Sequence record: MT596505.1
Origin: Staphylococcus phage vB_SepM_BE08
DNA length: 64,000 bases
Reading direction: 5' to 3' (one strand)
The position numbers and the translations under genes are program-made. Each line of letters starts with the position of its first letter. Position 1 is the first letter of the stretch. Positions 29,570-38,558 of this stretch are shown one piece after another. The notes below the pieces were generated by a model, which worked only from the letters and a program-made list of their open reading frames with translations, was not told the DNA's origin and made no database searches.

Positions 29570-29914
29570 CTATTTTTTTATAATATCTTTAACTCTAGGT
29601 TTAGAAATAACTTGATTTGCTATTTCTTCCCTTTGTTTATCTTTTTTACTGAAACTTGTATTTTTCCATGAAGTCCATACAATAGCTACTAATGAAACAA
29701 TACCAGATATAATTAAGTAAAGTTGGTCGTCTGAAATTGGTAAAAAATCTTTACCTAATATACTTGATAATATTAAATTAATAACAGTTATAATTGAAAC
29801 TATCAACGGTACAAATTCAGAAAATTTACGTCTTACTTGTTTTGAATTAGGAATAATAACCTCAACACTATCTAAGGCATTATTAAATTTATCCTTGTCA
29901 AACTTATTTATCAT
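29570..29914 (-). CDS. Hypothetical membrane protein (114 aa, two TM helices)
   Basis: Two hydrophobic segments. Confidence 0.55.
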   Translation of the reverse strand: MINKFDKDKFNNALDSVEVIIPNSKQVRRKFSEFVPLIVSIITVINLILSSILGKDFLPISDDQLYLIISGIVSLVAIVWTSWKNTSFSKKDKQREEIANQVISKPRVKDIIKK

Positions 29915-29989
29915 GAAAATAACCTCACTACTGCTTTATTAAATTCATTCCTAATATAACAGTAGTAAGGCTTTTTTGCAAATATTTTG

Positions 29990-30664
29990 TTATTCCCAAA
30001 CATTATTTTCAGTATATACTCTGTGTGTATTACTATTTATGTGTCTATTATGCTCATGATAAGCATTAATTTTAAATTTTACATAATCTTTTAGTTCTGA
30101 CAGCTCTTTTGCTACATCTTTACGTTTAATTTGAGTGTCTTCAGATACTCTGTTAACTATATATTTTTCATCTTCCATATCTTCATTCATTAGTAGTTCT
30201 TTTAATAGAATACTTTGTAATTCTGTAAATTCTACATCATCAAACACATATCGTATTAATTCACTTTCTTCTATACCTGTAGTTAAAGCTTCAGTTAGAG
30301 ATTCTACTGTAGATTCTTTTTTACCTATCAACTCTGTACTTTTATACTTTTTATTCTTTTTAATATAACTATTACGTACTCTTAGAGTTAATTTTGCTTT
30401 AATATATCCAGGAAAATCAACTTTACTGTGTATATCATATTCTTTAACAAGTTTAATAAACTGCTCGTCTATATACTCTCGTAAATCTTCCCTTTCAGCT
30501 TCATTAGATAATATACCTGCATATTTATGGTATAGCGACCATCTTAAATTTTTATATTTATTAAGTAATTTATCTATATCTCTTTCAAAATCAATAGGTA
30601 TACCATCAGAATCAATTACATATCTATTACCGTTGTTCTTCTTCATAAGGGTTTGCTCCTTCAA
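29990..30664 (-). CDS. Phage-encoded RNA polymerase sigma factor (sigma-70 family, region 2-like)
   Basis: DLREYIDEQFIKLVKEYDIHSKVDFPGYIKAKLTLRVRNSYIK resembles sigma region 2.1-2.4. Position after the RecA-like gene as in Twort-like phages. Confidence 0.6.
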   Translation of the reverse strand: MKEQTLMKKNNGNRYVIDSDGIPIDFERDIDKLLNKYKNLRWSLYHKYAGILSNEAEREDLREYIDEQFIKLVKEYDIHSKVDFPGYIKAKLTLRVRNSYIKKNKKYKSTELIGKKESTVESLTEALTTGIEESELIRYVFDDVEFTELQSILLKELLMNEDMEDEKYIVNRVSEDTQIKRKDVAKELSELKDYVKFKINAYHEHNRHINSNTHRVYTENNVWE

Positions 30665-30995
30665 AAATAATTTTTATTTTATGATTTTTATCCCTTACAA
30701 AAATATCTGAATAATGTATTGTTCTAGGTACTTTAACTGTACTATTTTCATATCTAAGTAGTGAATAGCCTCCTACCCATCTATCCGAGACATAATTAAT
30801 ATACATTACATTAGAATCAGTGTGAGGGAAAGTACCCTCTTCAACAATTACTGATTCATTATTATCTTTTACTTTTTGAAATTTTTTAGCAATACTGATA
30901 TACTCTCTAGGTGTTGCATCTTTTGAATTTGTTTCACTTAAAGATTGTTTTACTCTATCTATATTTTGGTCTATTAAATTATAACTATTTGTCAT
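30627..30995 (-). CDS. Hypothetical protein (122 aa)
   Basis: ORF overlapping the sigma gene start by 38 nt. Confidence 0.5.
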   Translation of the reverse strand: MTNSYNLIDQNIDRVKQSLSETNSKDATPREYISIAKKFQKVKDNNESVIVEEGTFPHTDSNVMYINYVSDRWVGGYSLLRYENSTVKVPRTIHYSDIFVRDKNHKIKIIFEGANPYEEEQR

Positions 30996-32221
30996 TCTTC
31001 ATCCGTACCTTTGTTTTCAATTTCAGTACTTTTAATCTCATAAAAATCTTTAAGAGCTTGATATTCTTCAATAGTAGTAATATCCACTATTTTATTTTCT
31101 AAAGGTCGATACTTAGTAGGAAAGTTTTCAAAGTATACTCTACTAAATAATTCTAAATACAAATCATGATTATTAACAAGTGTAGGAACCCAATCTTTAT
31201 CATAGTGTTTAATTTCTTCACCATTTAAAGTTACATAGTTACGCCATGTTCCTTTAGAAATTAAACCTCGTTCTACTGCTTCCTTATAAACTGTGTGATA
31301 AGGGTCAATACCATCTAATAACATCGTATCATCTTTAGAGCCTACTTCATAACTTGATAATAAATCTGCTTCCGCTTTTTGTCCTGGTGTAACTAATTTA
31401 GATTTTTTAGTTTCAATACGCATTACATGACCTCTATAAGTAGGCTTACCTGTTGTTACATCTGTTTGTTTAAGACCTGATTCAGCACCCTTGGTTACTT
31501 TAATACGTAAACTAGCACCATGCTCAAAAGCTCTTCCACCTGTTGATTTTATAGGGTCACCATACATACCTGCGTTCATATCATCGCGAGCTTGGTTGAT
31601 GATAACTAACCCTGTATTAGTATCATTGAGTTTAGGAGTAATAGCATTGATTACTTTTTGTGTAGCTGAGGCTTTTAAACCCATTTGTTTTTCATCAATT
31701 CCTCCTTCAATTTCTTTAGCTGTTCTTGTAGCTCCTAGAGAATCCCAAATAAATAAAATAGGTACACCAGGTGCTTTTTCGTTAAAAGTATCAATCCAAT
31801 ATTCTAATTCTTTTCCTACAGTTTCTACTGATAATTCAACAGTATTTTTAAGTCTACCTTCTCCTGCTTGAATAGTAAATAATTTAGATACATCTACCCC
31901 TAGTTGCTTCATTCGTTGGTTATCTGCTGTTCCTTCAATATCAATCCAAATAGTAATAACACCTAGTTGTGTAGTTATTCTAGATAAGTGTACTGCAAAC
32001 GTGGATTTACCCGAACCTGTTAGCCCATACACTTCTGTAAGTCTTCCTAAAGGAATACCTCCCCCTAGAATTCTATCATATTGAGGAACCATAGTAGGAA
32101 TTATATTTGTAATGTCTGCTTTATTACTATCTGATAATAGAGTTAAACCCATTTCTTTACCTAAATCAATGGTATTGTAATCTTTCATATCTATTTCTTT
32201 ACCTTTTTTTGCTCTTGCCAT
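30992..32221 (-). CDS. recA: RecA/UvsX-like recombinase
   Basis: YDRILGGGIPLGRLTEVYGLTGSGKSTFAV (RecA L1/Walker A region) and IWIDIEG. Likely start at the second Met, MARAKK at 32221, with an AAAGGTGA RBS. Confidence 0.85.
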   Translation of the reverse strand: MARAKKGKEIDMKDYNTIDLGKEMGLTLLSDSNKADITNIIPTMVPQYDRILGGGIPLGRLTEVYGLTGSGKSTFAVHLSRITTQLGVITIWIDIEGTADNQRMKQLGVDVSKLFTIQAGEGRLKNTVELSVETVGKELEYWIDTFNEKAPGVPILFIWDSLGATRTAKEIEGGIDEKQMGLKASATQKVINAITPKLNDTNTGLVIINQARDDMNAGMYGDPIKSTGGRAFEHGASLRIKVTKGAESGLKQTDVTTGKPTYRGHVMRIETKKSKLVTPGQKAEADLLSSYEVGSKDDTMLLDGIDPYHTVYKEAVERGLISKGTWRNYVTLNGEEIKHYDKDWVPTLVNNHDLYLELFSRVYFENFPTKYRPLENKIVDITTIEEYQALKDFYEIKSTEIENKGTDEE

Positions 32222-32256
32222 TATCTTATCACCTTTCAATTAAAAAATCAAATAAA

Positions 32257-32274
32257 AGAGTGCTTAAGCACTCT
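32257..32274 (-). terminator. Palindromic hairpin / weak terminator between the Gln-rich gene and recA
   Basis: agagtgcttaagcactct is an 18-bp perfect palindrome, followed by a T/A-rich run on the minus strand. Confidence 0.45.
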
Positions 32275-32278
32275 AATA

Positions 32279-33523
32279 TTACATGTCTAGGTTTAAACCT
32301 TTTAGAACATCATCAACATTTTTTGGCTGTTCCATTTTAGGAGGTTCTTGATATTGCTGTTGATTTTGTTGTACGTTTTGTTGTTGAGGTGGTTGTTGCT
32401 GACTTCCAGTGTCGAAAGGTACTTGAGAGTCATTAATAGTATTCTCATCAAAATTCTCCCAAGGATTATTTCCTTGTGGCTGTTGTGGATGCTGTGGTGC
32501 TTGTTGTACCTGATTAAACTGTTGCTGTTGAGTTGGTTGTTGAGTATTCTGTTGCGATTGAGTATTAATAGTATTCCAATCATTCTGTGGTACTTGTTGT
32601 GTGTTTTGTTGTGGTTGATTACTTAAATTACCTGGTAACTGTTGTTCTACTTGTTGTTGTGTTGGCTGTGGTTGCTGTGTTTGTTGTACAGGTTGTTGTG
32701 GTTGGCTAGGTGCATCCCCTAATGTATTTGTATCTCTATTAAAAGTAAAGTTATCTGTTTCTAAAGGTGTTCCATTTACTTTATTAATTAAGAAGTTAAC
32801 AAGATTAGGGTTCACTTCTTCTGTAGGTTGTGCTAACTTATCTAAATCTGAAGATAGTTCTATCCAATTTGATGGTAGGTTACCAAATTGATATTGTGGA
32901 TTAGAGTATACTTGAACGTACCAATTTGTTTTATCATTTTCTTTTGCTTTCTTAAACATTACAGGATAAGCAATATTTTCAGAAATAAAGCTAAATTTAG
33001 CATCAGGTGAAGGGTTAAACATTTCATCTCCTAATTGACTAGCTAAAGCATTATATGCTGTAATAGGAATTTCTAAAGGTGAAATCTTAGGATTACCTGA
33101 GTTATCTACTACAGGTTGTAAAGTACCACCATTATTAATATACTCAATAACTTCAATGTAATATCTGTTAGATGGTCTGTTAGGGAATCGACTAAAAGGA
33201 ACCTTATTAGCTATCCAAGATTCAATAAATGGGTCAATAACTGACTCTCCTGATGTAGCTGGTAGTGTTAAACCTACGAATTTTTGCTCATTGTTTTTAT
33301 TGTTGAAGTTAATACCTGTGTTTCTAAATTTCTTATAAAATTCTAAAGAACCTTCTTTTTTAGGTGGTAAAATACGTACTAAAATTGAATCTTTAGTTGA
33401 ACCATCTTTTTGCTTACCTAATCGAATAACTGGATTTTTAGGTGTATAGTATTCCACCTCATTATTGTTATTATTTTGTGTTTCTTTTGCTTGTTGGTTA
33501 ATAAATTCTGTAAATGCTGACAT
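32279..33523 (-). CDS. Hypothetical protein (414 aa): globular N-terminal domain, long Gln/Pro-rich low-complexity linker, short conserved-looking C-terminal tip; candidate SSB-like replication/recombination mediator
   Basis: About 120 residues of QQ/PQ repeats, then DDVLKGLNLDM at the C-terminus. Sits between pol and recA. Confidence 0.6.
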   Translation of the reverse strand: MSAFTEFINQQAKETQNNNNNEVEYYTPKNPVIRLGKQKDGSTKDSILVRILPPKKEGSLEFYKKFRNTGINFNNKNNEQKFVGLTLPATSGESVIDPFIESWIANKVPFSRFPNRPSNRYYIEVIEYINNGGTLQPVVDNSGNPKISPLEIPITAYNALASQLGDEMFNPSPDAKFSFISENIAYPVMFKKAKENDKTNWYVQVYSNPQYQFGNLPSNWIELSSDLDKLAQPTEEVNPNLVNFLINKVNGTPLETDNFTFNRDTNTLGDAPSQPQQPVQQTQQPQPTQQQVEQQLPGNLSNQPQQNTQQVPQNDWNTINTQSQQNTQQPTQQQQFNQVQQAPQHPQQPQGNNPWENFDENTINDSQVPFDTGSQQQPPQQQNVQQNQQQYQEPPKMEQPKNVDDVLKGLNLDM

Positions 33524-33559
33524 TATTATAATTCTCTCCTTTATTTTTATTATGTTATG

Positions 33560-33588
33560 ATTGTAACATAGTTTATTCCATTTGTCAA
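33560..33588 (-). promoter_or_regulatory. Sigma-A-like promoter (TTGACA-17-TACAAT) for the 32279..33523 gene
   Basis: On the minus strand: -35 TTGACA (plus 33583-33588), 17-nt spacer, -10 TACAAT (plus 33560-33565), then an AAAGGAGAG RBS. Confidence 0.6.
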
Positions 33589-33613
33589 GTTTAAATTTAT
33601 AAGAATTTGTATT

Positions 33614-34096
33614 CTAATGTGAAAATGGATTAGTCATTCCACCATTTTTATTTGTTTGTCTTAGTTCTGCTGATAACTGTACTAACATTGTAGAACGTTG
33701 TTCCCAAGCTTTTACAATATACTGTAACTGTTTTACTTTGTAATTCCATTGTTCTACAATTTGTTGTTGCTTTTGATAACTTTCATTAAGCAAAATATCT
33801 GATTCTATAACATCTTTAGTTGGTTTAATTTTTTGCTGTGTATATCCTTGTCTTACTTGTTTATTTACAGAAGCTCCTATTTGCTCTAACTTTCTACTTT
33901 CTGCTTCTGCATAAGCTCTAACTCTCTCAAGTAAAGAGCTCCAAAAAGCATACTTACTAGACTGTGTATACATCTCTTGTTGTATAGTATATTCACTTAG
34001 TTTTAGCTCATCATGAATATTGAATGTTTTAGCTTCACCATTCATATCAACAATAGTAAGTTCTGTAAAATCTAGACTATCTACATGAATTTCCAA
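33614..34096 (-). CDS. Hypothetical protein (160 aa)
   Basis: ORF in the array. Confidence 0.55.
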   Translation of the reverse strand: MEIHVDSLDFTELTIVDMNGEAKTFNIHDELKLSEYTIQQEMYTQSSKYAFWSSLLERVRAYAEAESRKLEQIGASVNKQVRQGYTQQKIKPTKDVIESDILLNESYQKQQQIVEQWNYKVKQLQYIVKAWEQRSTMLVQLSAELRQTNKNGGMTNPFSH

Positions 34097-34116
34097 ATCA
34101 ATTCCTCCTTTGACAT

Positions 34117-34147
34117 AACTATATCATAAATAGATATAGTTTGTCAA
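34117..34147 (-). promoter_or_regulatory. Sigma-A-like promoter (TTGACA-18-TATAGT) with an embedded 9-bp inverted repeat (operator candidate)
   Basis: aactatatc-N7-gatatagtt at 34117-34141. The left arm overlaps the -10 and the right arm abuts the -35 (plus 34142-34147). Confidence 0.45.
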
Positions 34148-34149
34148 TA

Positions 34150-35139
34150 TTAAATTTTAGTAAATGCTTCTTTATTTCCTTTAATATAATTTTCTTTACT
34201 TTCTTTTTCTTCTTCAGTAATCTTACCTGATTCAAAATAATCTTGTATTTTTTGGAGTGCTAACATGTATTTAACATAACCAATAGGAGAGTTAAATTCA
34301 TTCATATGATTTTCATCATATTCTACTAAATCTCCATAGCTTGTTCCTATTTCCATATCTGCTACAATAGGATACCTAATATTCTCTCCTTCATACTCAA
34401 TGTATAAGAAATCAAAAGGTAAGTTTTGCATACAATGTAATACAACTTTAGCCATAACTTTAACTTCATCTGGGTGTGTATCAACTACAATACTATCATG
34501 TACTGTGGCAATAAGTTTAGACTTCATATTTCTAGTTTGAATAAAATCATCAATATAAGTAATTGCCATACTTGTAAACCATGAACCTAAACCTTGTATT
34601 CTAGCATTAAATGATTGTCTTAAAGCTTGATTTCTTTTTTGTTTATCATTACTTGTAGCATTACCTAAAAATCGTCTAAACCCATGTAATGTTTCTACAT
34701 AACCATGTTTTTGTGCAAACTCATGCGTGTCTTCAATCGCTTGTCCTACAGCTGGCTTATTTTTATAGTAATTATCAAATAATTCTTCTGCCTCTTCTAC
34801 AGGCATATTATTTTTACTAGCAAAAGAAAATGGAACGTCACCATACAATAATGAGAAACTTACTGTTTTTGCTTTTGTACGTTCATCAGTAGTTATCTCT
34901 TCCTCTGGTTTATTATACACTAAGCTTGCTGTATTCTTGTGTAGGTCTCCCCCGTGTAAGAAAATATTAGTCATATCTTTATCTTTTGTCATCAAACCAG
35001 TAACTCTGAGCTCTAAAGCTGAATAATCGGCTTGTAAAATTACACCATTGTTAAATCTTGAAACAAAAGAACGTTTAATAGGGTGATGATAATCAAATTT
35101 ATTGACATTAGATGTGTGTGCTACAATATTTTGTAAATT
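34150..35139 (-). CDS. polA: DNA polymerase I (family A), exon 2 (C-terminal palm/fingers: motifs A, B, C)
   Basis: The reading frame continues upstream of the track ORF to about 35139: NLQNIVAHTSNV...ILQADYSALELRV (motif A), RTKAKTVSFSLLYG (motif B), ATVHDSIVVD (motif C). Confidence 0.85.
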   Translation of the reverse strand, partial: NLQNIVAHTSNVNKFDYHHPIKRSFVSRFNNGVILQADYSALELRVTGLMTKDKDMTNIFLHGGDLHKNTASLVYNKPEEEITTDERTKAKTVSFSLLYGDVPFSFASKNNMPVEEAEELFDNYYKNKPAVGQAIEDTHEFAQKHGYVETLHGFRRFLGNATSNDKQKRNQALRQSFNARIQGLGSWFTSMAITYIDDFIQTRNMKSKLIATVHDSIVVDTHPDEVKVMAKVVLHCMQNLPFDFLYIEYEGENIRYPIVADMEIGTSYGDLVEYDENHMNEFNSPIGYVKYMLALQKIQDYFESGKITEEEKESKENYIKGNKEAFTKI

Positions 35140-36236
35140 TTACTTGTGTACAATATAATTTATTTATTATATTGTATCTATTGTCATTTAAACAATAGCT
35201 ATATATCTCTATATAGGACAGACTATATCATATATCATTTCTGTGGTAGGTTTATTGTTTATTTACTGTTTCTAAATTTATATCCTTTATACTCTACAAA
35301 GTCATCTGTTTTTCTTAATTTATCTCTCAATGTCTTATGATTATTCATGTTGAGTAGTTTCATCACCTTATTCATACTATACTTAGTATACAATAGATTA
35401 CCGTCTAAGTCAAATACATCAATTTTCATATTTTTACTTCTTTTAGACTCTTTATTTACATACTCCCACTTATAACCTTTATGTGATTTATGTCTTCCAG
35501 AAATTACTTGACTTATTTTTGATGGGCTAAAATACCCACCAGTTTCTCTTTGTGCTTGAGTGGGTGAATCCCACACCTTAACAATATTACCTTCCATATC
35601 TTTTTGATATACTGCTTTATTAGATACCTTTTTAAGTTGTTCCCTAGCACTATACGTATTTTGTCTACCTTGTTTAGCAGAGTGTAAGGTATTGCCCCTA
35701 TAATCTACCCATTCTAGGTTGTTTACGTGGTTATTCAATCTATTATTATCGATGTGGTTAACAACATTTAGATTAGGATTATTGTTAGGTATAAAAAGCT
35801 TTGCTACTAATCTATGCACTAATATGTTACCCTCAGTAACTGTAACTTGTTTGTACCCTGAATTAATAATCCATGGTTTTAATTCATGCTTAGTAATTTT
35901 ATTTATTACTCTACCTGTATTACTTACTTTATATTTATCATCATAATCTTTCCAAACTTCTTTCATATACTCTTCCTTACTATTCCCTACCACAGAAATA
36001 ATATCCTTGCTTTCGTGGGTGTGTATTGGTTGTGCTACCTCAACACCTAGTCGTTGAGCCTTCCCCATACTTCCATACACTTTCAGGGGCTTGGTTGCGG
36101 ATTCTCTTTATTCTTAACCTTTTTACTGTACCAAACACATTACTGTTTGCCCTTATATATGTTTCCATTATAAGTTAGTAGTTAAGACCTAACAAGTTTC
36201 TCCCCGCAGTTAACAAAGTTTTACAACCCCAATTTA
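35140..36236 (-). mobile_element. Intron (group I-like, about 1.1 kb) interrupting polA within the conserved TGRLASSNP|NLQNI motif; carries an HNH homing endonuclease ORF
   Basis: Exon 1 ends ...STGRLASSNP followed by an in-frame stop. Exon 2 resumes NLQNI.. about 1.1 kb downstream. GC-rich structured segments flank the HNH ORF. Confidence 0.75.
35259..35966 (-). CDS. Intron-encoded HNH homing endonuclease (NUMOD4 + HNH_3 motifs)
   Basis: KEVWKDY..YKVSNTGRV (NUMOD4-like) and VHRLVAKLFIPN...VNHIDNNRLNNHVNNLEWV (HNH). Likely start MKEVW at 35966 with an AAGGAAG RBS. Confidence 0.8.
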   Translation of the reverse strand: MKEVWKDYDDKYKVSNTGRVINKITKHELKPWIINSGYKQVTVTEGNILVHRLVAKLFIPNNNPNLNVVNHIDNNRLNNHVNNLEWVDYRGNTLHSAKQGRQNTYSAREQLKKVSNKAVYQKDMEGNIVKVWDSPTQAQRETGGYFSPSKISQVISGRHKSHKGYKWEYVNKESKRSKNMKIDVFDLDGNLLYTKYSMNKVMKLLNMNNHKTLRDKLRKTDDFVEYKGYKFRNSK

Positions 36237-38465
36237 AGGGTTACTACTGGCTAATCTTCCTGTACTTGTAGTTGTTGATGAGAAACTACCATGTAGTGTT
36301 TGTGTGTTTTTATTAACCATTCTAGGAAGCTTATGAGTAAATGAGTTTCGTTTTGTTCGTATAGAGGCGTAGTATAATAAGTCTTCTATTAGTTCTTTGT
36401 TATCTTCTGTTACTTCTAAATCAGATAATATATATCCTAGAGCTTTAGTATCTGTTTTATAGTCTTCCCAACTAATATCTTGCTCTTTCTTTTTCTCAAA
36501 AGAGGTAGCTTTAACGTAGTTCTGGTCATAAGGTAATTCAAAACCTAATATTTTATACAATAGTTCACTTTTATGGTCTCCTGACCCTATATTAAATTTC
36601 CACCCATCATCTTTATACTTATTTCTGTACTTCTCTATTTCTGGGTCTCTTTCTTTTTTAGGTTTACTAAACTCTTCTAAACCTAGTTCATATAAGTTAT
36701 ATTTTTCTTCTTCAAATTCTTTTACCGCCCAATGTTCTCTTATTTTATTTTCAATTTTAGTTAATTCTAATTCATAGGCTTTGTCATTCTTTTCCATGTA
36801 ATCTAAATCAGCATATAGACCATTACTCTCTATTCTTGCTAGGGTTCTATCTAACCTTGGATAATCTTGTTGCCATAACTTTATTGCTTTAGGTCGTTGT
36901 TGGTCTTTTAATTTTTCTAGTATATTAGAATAAATTCTACGACATACATCAACGTCACCACTAGCATAAGGGTGCATTAGTTCTAAAGGAATCCAATCAT
37001 AATTAAACTTACCACCATCAACTTCATTATATACATCTGTATGTTTTTTAAACCTATTAATTAATTCTAAAGCTGTTTTAAGTGTATATTCTTTACCTTC
37101 ATCACTTAAAGACATATACTCATCCGAAAGCTTAGCTACCTCTTCAAACTCTGAATCACCCATTAACATTGTTTTTGTTAATCGTTCTGGGTGTAAACCT
37201 AATTGAATATATTGCTTATCAGTACTATTCATTTCTGTTTTTTGCTCATATTTATCAAGCTCTACTTCTTTATCCACACTAATGTTTTCAGATAACCAAT
37301 TTTTATATTCTGTTGCTTTAATATTATGTTCTTTTTTTGCAATACTCTTATTATCTTTAATAATAGTAGACATTTTTTCTGACAAGAATTTAAGTAATTT
37401 TCTACTAAACCATTTTTTAAATTCTTCTAACGGTGTGTCATACCCACCCATATCTGTAACCTCATATGCTAAGTCAGACAGGCGTTTAGAATCTGTGGTT
37501 TCTTGTGTTACAGCTAAATACCAGCCTACAAGTGTGTCTTGATTATTTTCAAATGTGTTAAATCCTAGTGTACTCATTAGGAATTTTATATCATATTTAA
37601 TATTATGACCTACTTTTATATCCTCTTTATCAGCTAACCATTCTCTTAAGTAACTTAGTATCTCATCAATATCTTTTTGTCCGTTTTTCCAATTAAAATC
37701 AGATTTATAAATAGGTATTGTGACACCTTGTCCGTTTTTCCAACTTAAAGATACTACTAAAACTTTACTTCCTGCTCTATCTGGTTTTAGTGAATTAGTC
37801 TCTGTATCCCAAGCTGTTATATCTATACCATCATTATTATCTTTTTTTACTTCTTTAGTAAAAATCTCTCTTACTCTTTCAATATCTGTTACAAGTTCAT
37901 ATGACACTTTTTTAGGTTTAAAGGCTTCTTCTCCATTTTTTACAAATTTACCTAATAAATTAAGGTCTGTAACTACATGACGTTCAGCATTTTTATTAAC
38001 ATTAGTGTATTCAATACTATAAGTAGGTAATACCCAAACACCTTTACTTGTATTTTCAGTACTTAATGTTATTTTGTGAGGTACACCTCTTACTGAACCT
38101 AATTTTGTAACGTTTAGTAAAAATTTAATACCTAGTTTACCTAAAGGAACAATAATATCATAATTATTATCAATAATTCGTTTAGTTAATTCTGAGTAAT
38201 AAGGTTTAACTTCTGTTTGCTTTACATCTTGGTATTTAACAATCTTACCGTAATTATTTGTTACAGGTGTTGGTATAGCCTTATACACAAAATCAATATC
38301 ATAATCTTTTCTAGAATTATCTCTTACTAAACCTGAACATCTCTCTAATAACATTTTTAAAGTTTTACCATTTTGAGTATTAAAAAGATTTAATCTTGTT
38401 TTATTATCATCTGTAACTTTAAAATGTTCTTCTCTTATGTGGTCGTATAAAATTAAAGCTTTCAT
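36234..38465 (-). CDS. polA: DNA polymerase I (family A), exon 1 (3'-5' exonuclease and N-terminal polymerase region)
   Basis: Exo I motif ITAWDTETNSL. Ends ...HGSFSSTTTSTGRLASSNP. Likely start MKALILYD at 38465 with an AAGGAGAAG RBS. Confidence 0.85.
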   Translation of the reverse strand: MKALILYDHIREEHFKVTDDNKTRLNLFNTQNGKTLKMLLERCSGLVRDNSRKDYDIDFVYKAIPTPVTNNYGKIVKYQDVKQTEVKPYYSELTKRIIDNNYDIIVPLGKLGIKFLLNVTKLGSVRGVPHKITLSTENTSKGVWVLPTYSIEYTNVNKNAERHVVTDLNLLGKFVKNGEEAFKPKKVSYELVTDIERVREIFTKEVKKDNNDGIDITAWDTETNSLKPDRAGSKVLVVSLSWKNGQGVTIPIYKSDFNWKNGQKDIDEILSYLREWLADKEDIKVGHNIKYDIKFLMSTLGFNTFENNQDTLVGWYLAVTQETTDSKRLSDLAYEVTDMGGYDTPLEEFKKWFSRKLLKFLSEKMSTIIKDNKSIAKKEHNIKATEYKNWLSENISVDKEVELDKYEQKTEMNSTDKQYIQLGLHPERLTKTMLMGDSEFEEVAKLSDEYMSLSDEGKEYTLKTALELINRFKKHTDVYNEVDGGKFNYDWIPLELMHPYASGDVDVCRRIYSNILEKLKDQQRPKAIKLWQQDYPRLDRTLARIESNGLYADLDYMEKNDKAYELELTKIENKIREHWAVKEFEEEKYNLYELGLEEFSKPKKERDPEIEKYRNKYKDDGWKFNIGSGDHKSELLYKILGFELPYDQNYVKATSFEKKKEQDISWEDYKTDTKALGYILSDLEVTEDNKELIEDLLYYASIRTKRNSFTHKLPRMVNKNTQTLHGSFSSTTTSTGRLASSNP

Positions 38466-38496
38466 ATTTATCTTCTCCTTACACTTGTTTAAATAT

Positions 38497-38525
38497 ATGA
38501 TACCATAGAATATCTTTAATGTCAA
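38497..38525 (-). promoter_or_regulatory. Sigma-A-like promoter (TTGACA-17-TGgTATCAT) for polA
   Basis: On the minus strand: -35 TTGACA (plus 38520-38525) directly after the terminator T-run, 17-nt spacer, extended -10 (plus 38497-38502). Confidence 0.6.
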
Positions 38526-38558
38526 TAAAAAAAGAGACAAATTTTTTAATCTGTCTCT
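38526..38558 (-). terminator. Intrinsic terminator overlapping the stop of the HU-like gene
   Basis: Stem agagaca/tgtctct with a 12-nt loop, then T7 on the minus strand. Confidence 0.5.

Noticed and set aside
32222-32239. recA track start MKGDKI
   Set aside because: The second ATG (MARAKK at 32221) has an AAAGGTGA RBS. The upstream ATG sits inside that RBS.
32279-33523. Tandem DNA repeats within the Gln-rich gene as a possible non-coding repeat element
   Set aside because: They are in-frame codon repeats (CAA/CAG/CCA) encoding the low-complexity linker, not an independent repeat element.
35967-36080. N-terminal 38 aa of track ORF 35259..36080 (MYGSMGKAQRLGVEV...)
   Set aside because: This is probably a translation of structured intron RNA. 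A much better start (MKEVW with an AAGGAAG RBS) lies at 35966.
38466-38540. N-terminal extension MSLFLLTLKIFYGIIYLNKCKEKIN of the polA track ORF
   Set aside because: It overlaps the promoter and terminator region. The real start is the ATG at 38465, which has a strong RBS.
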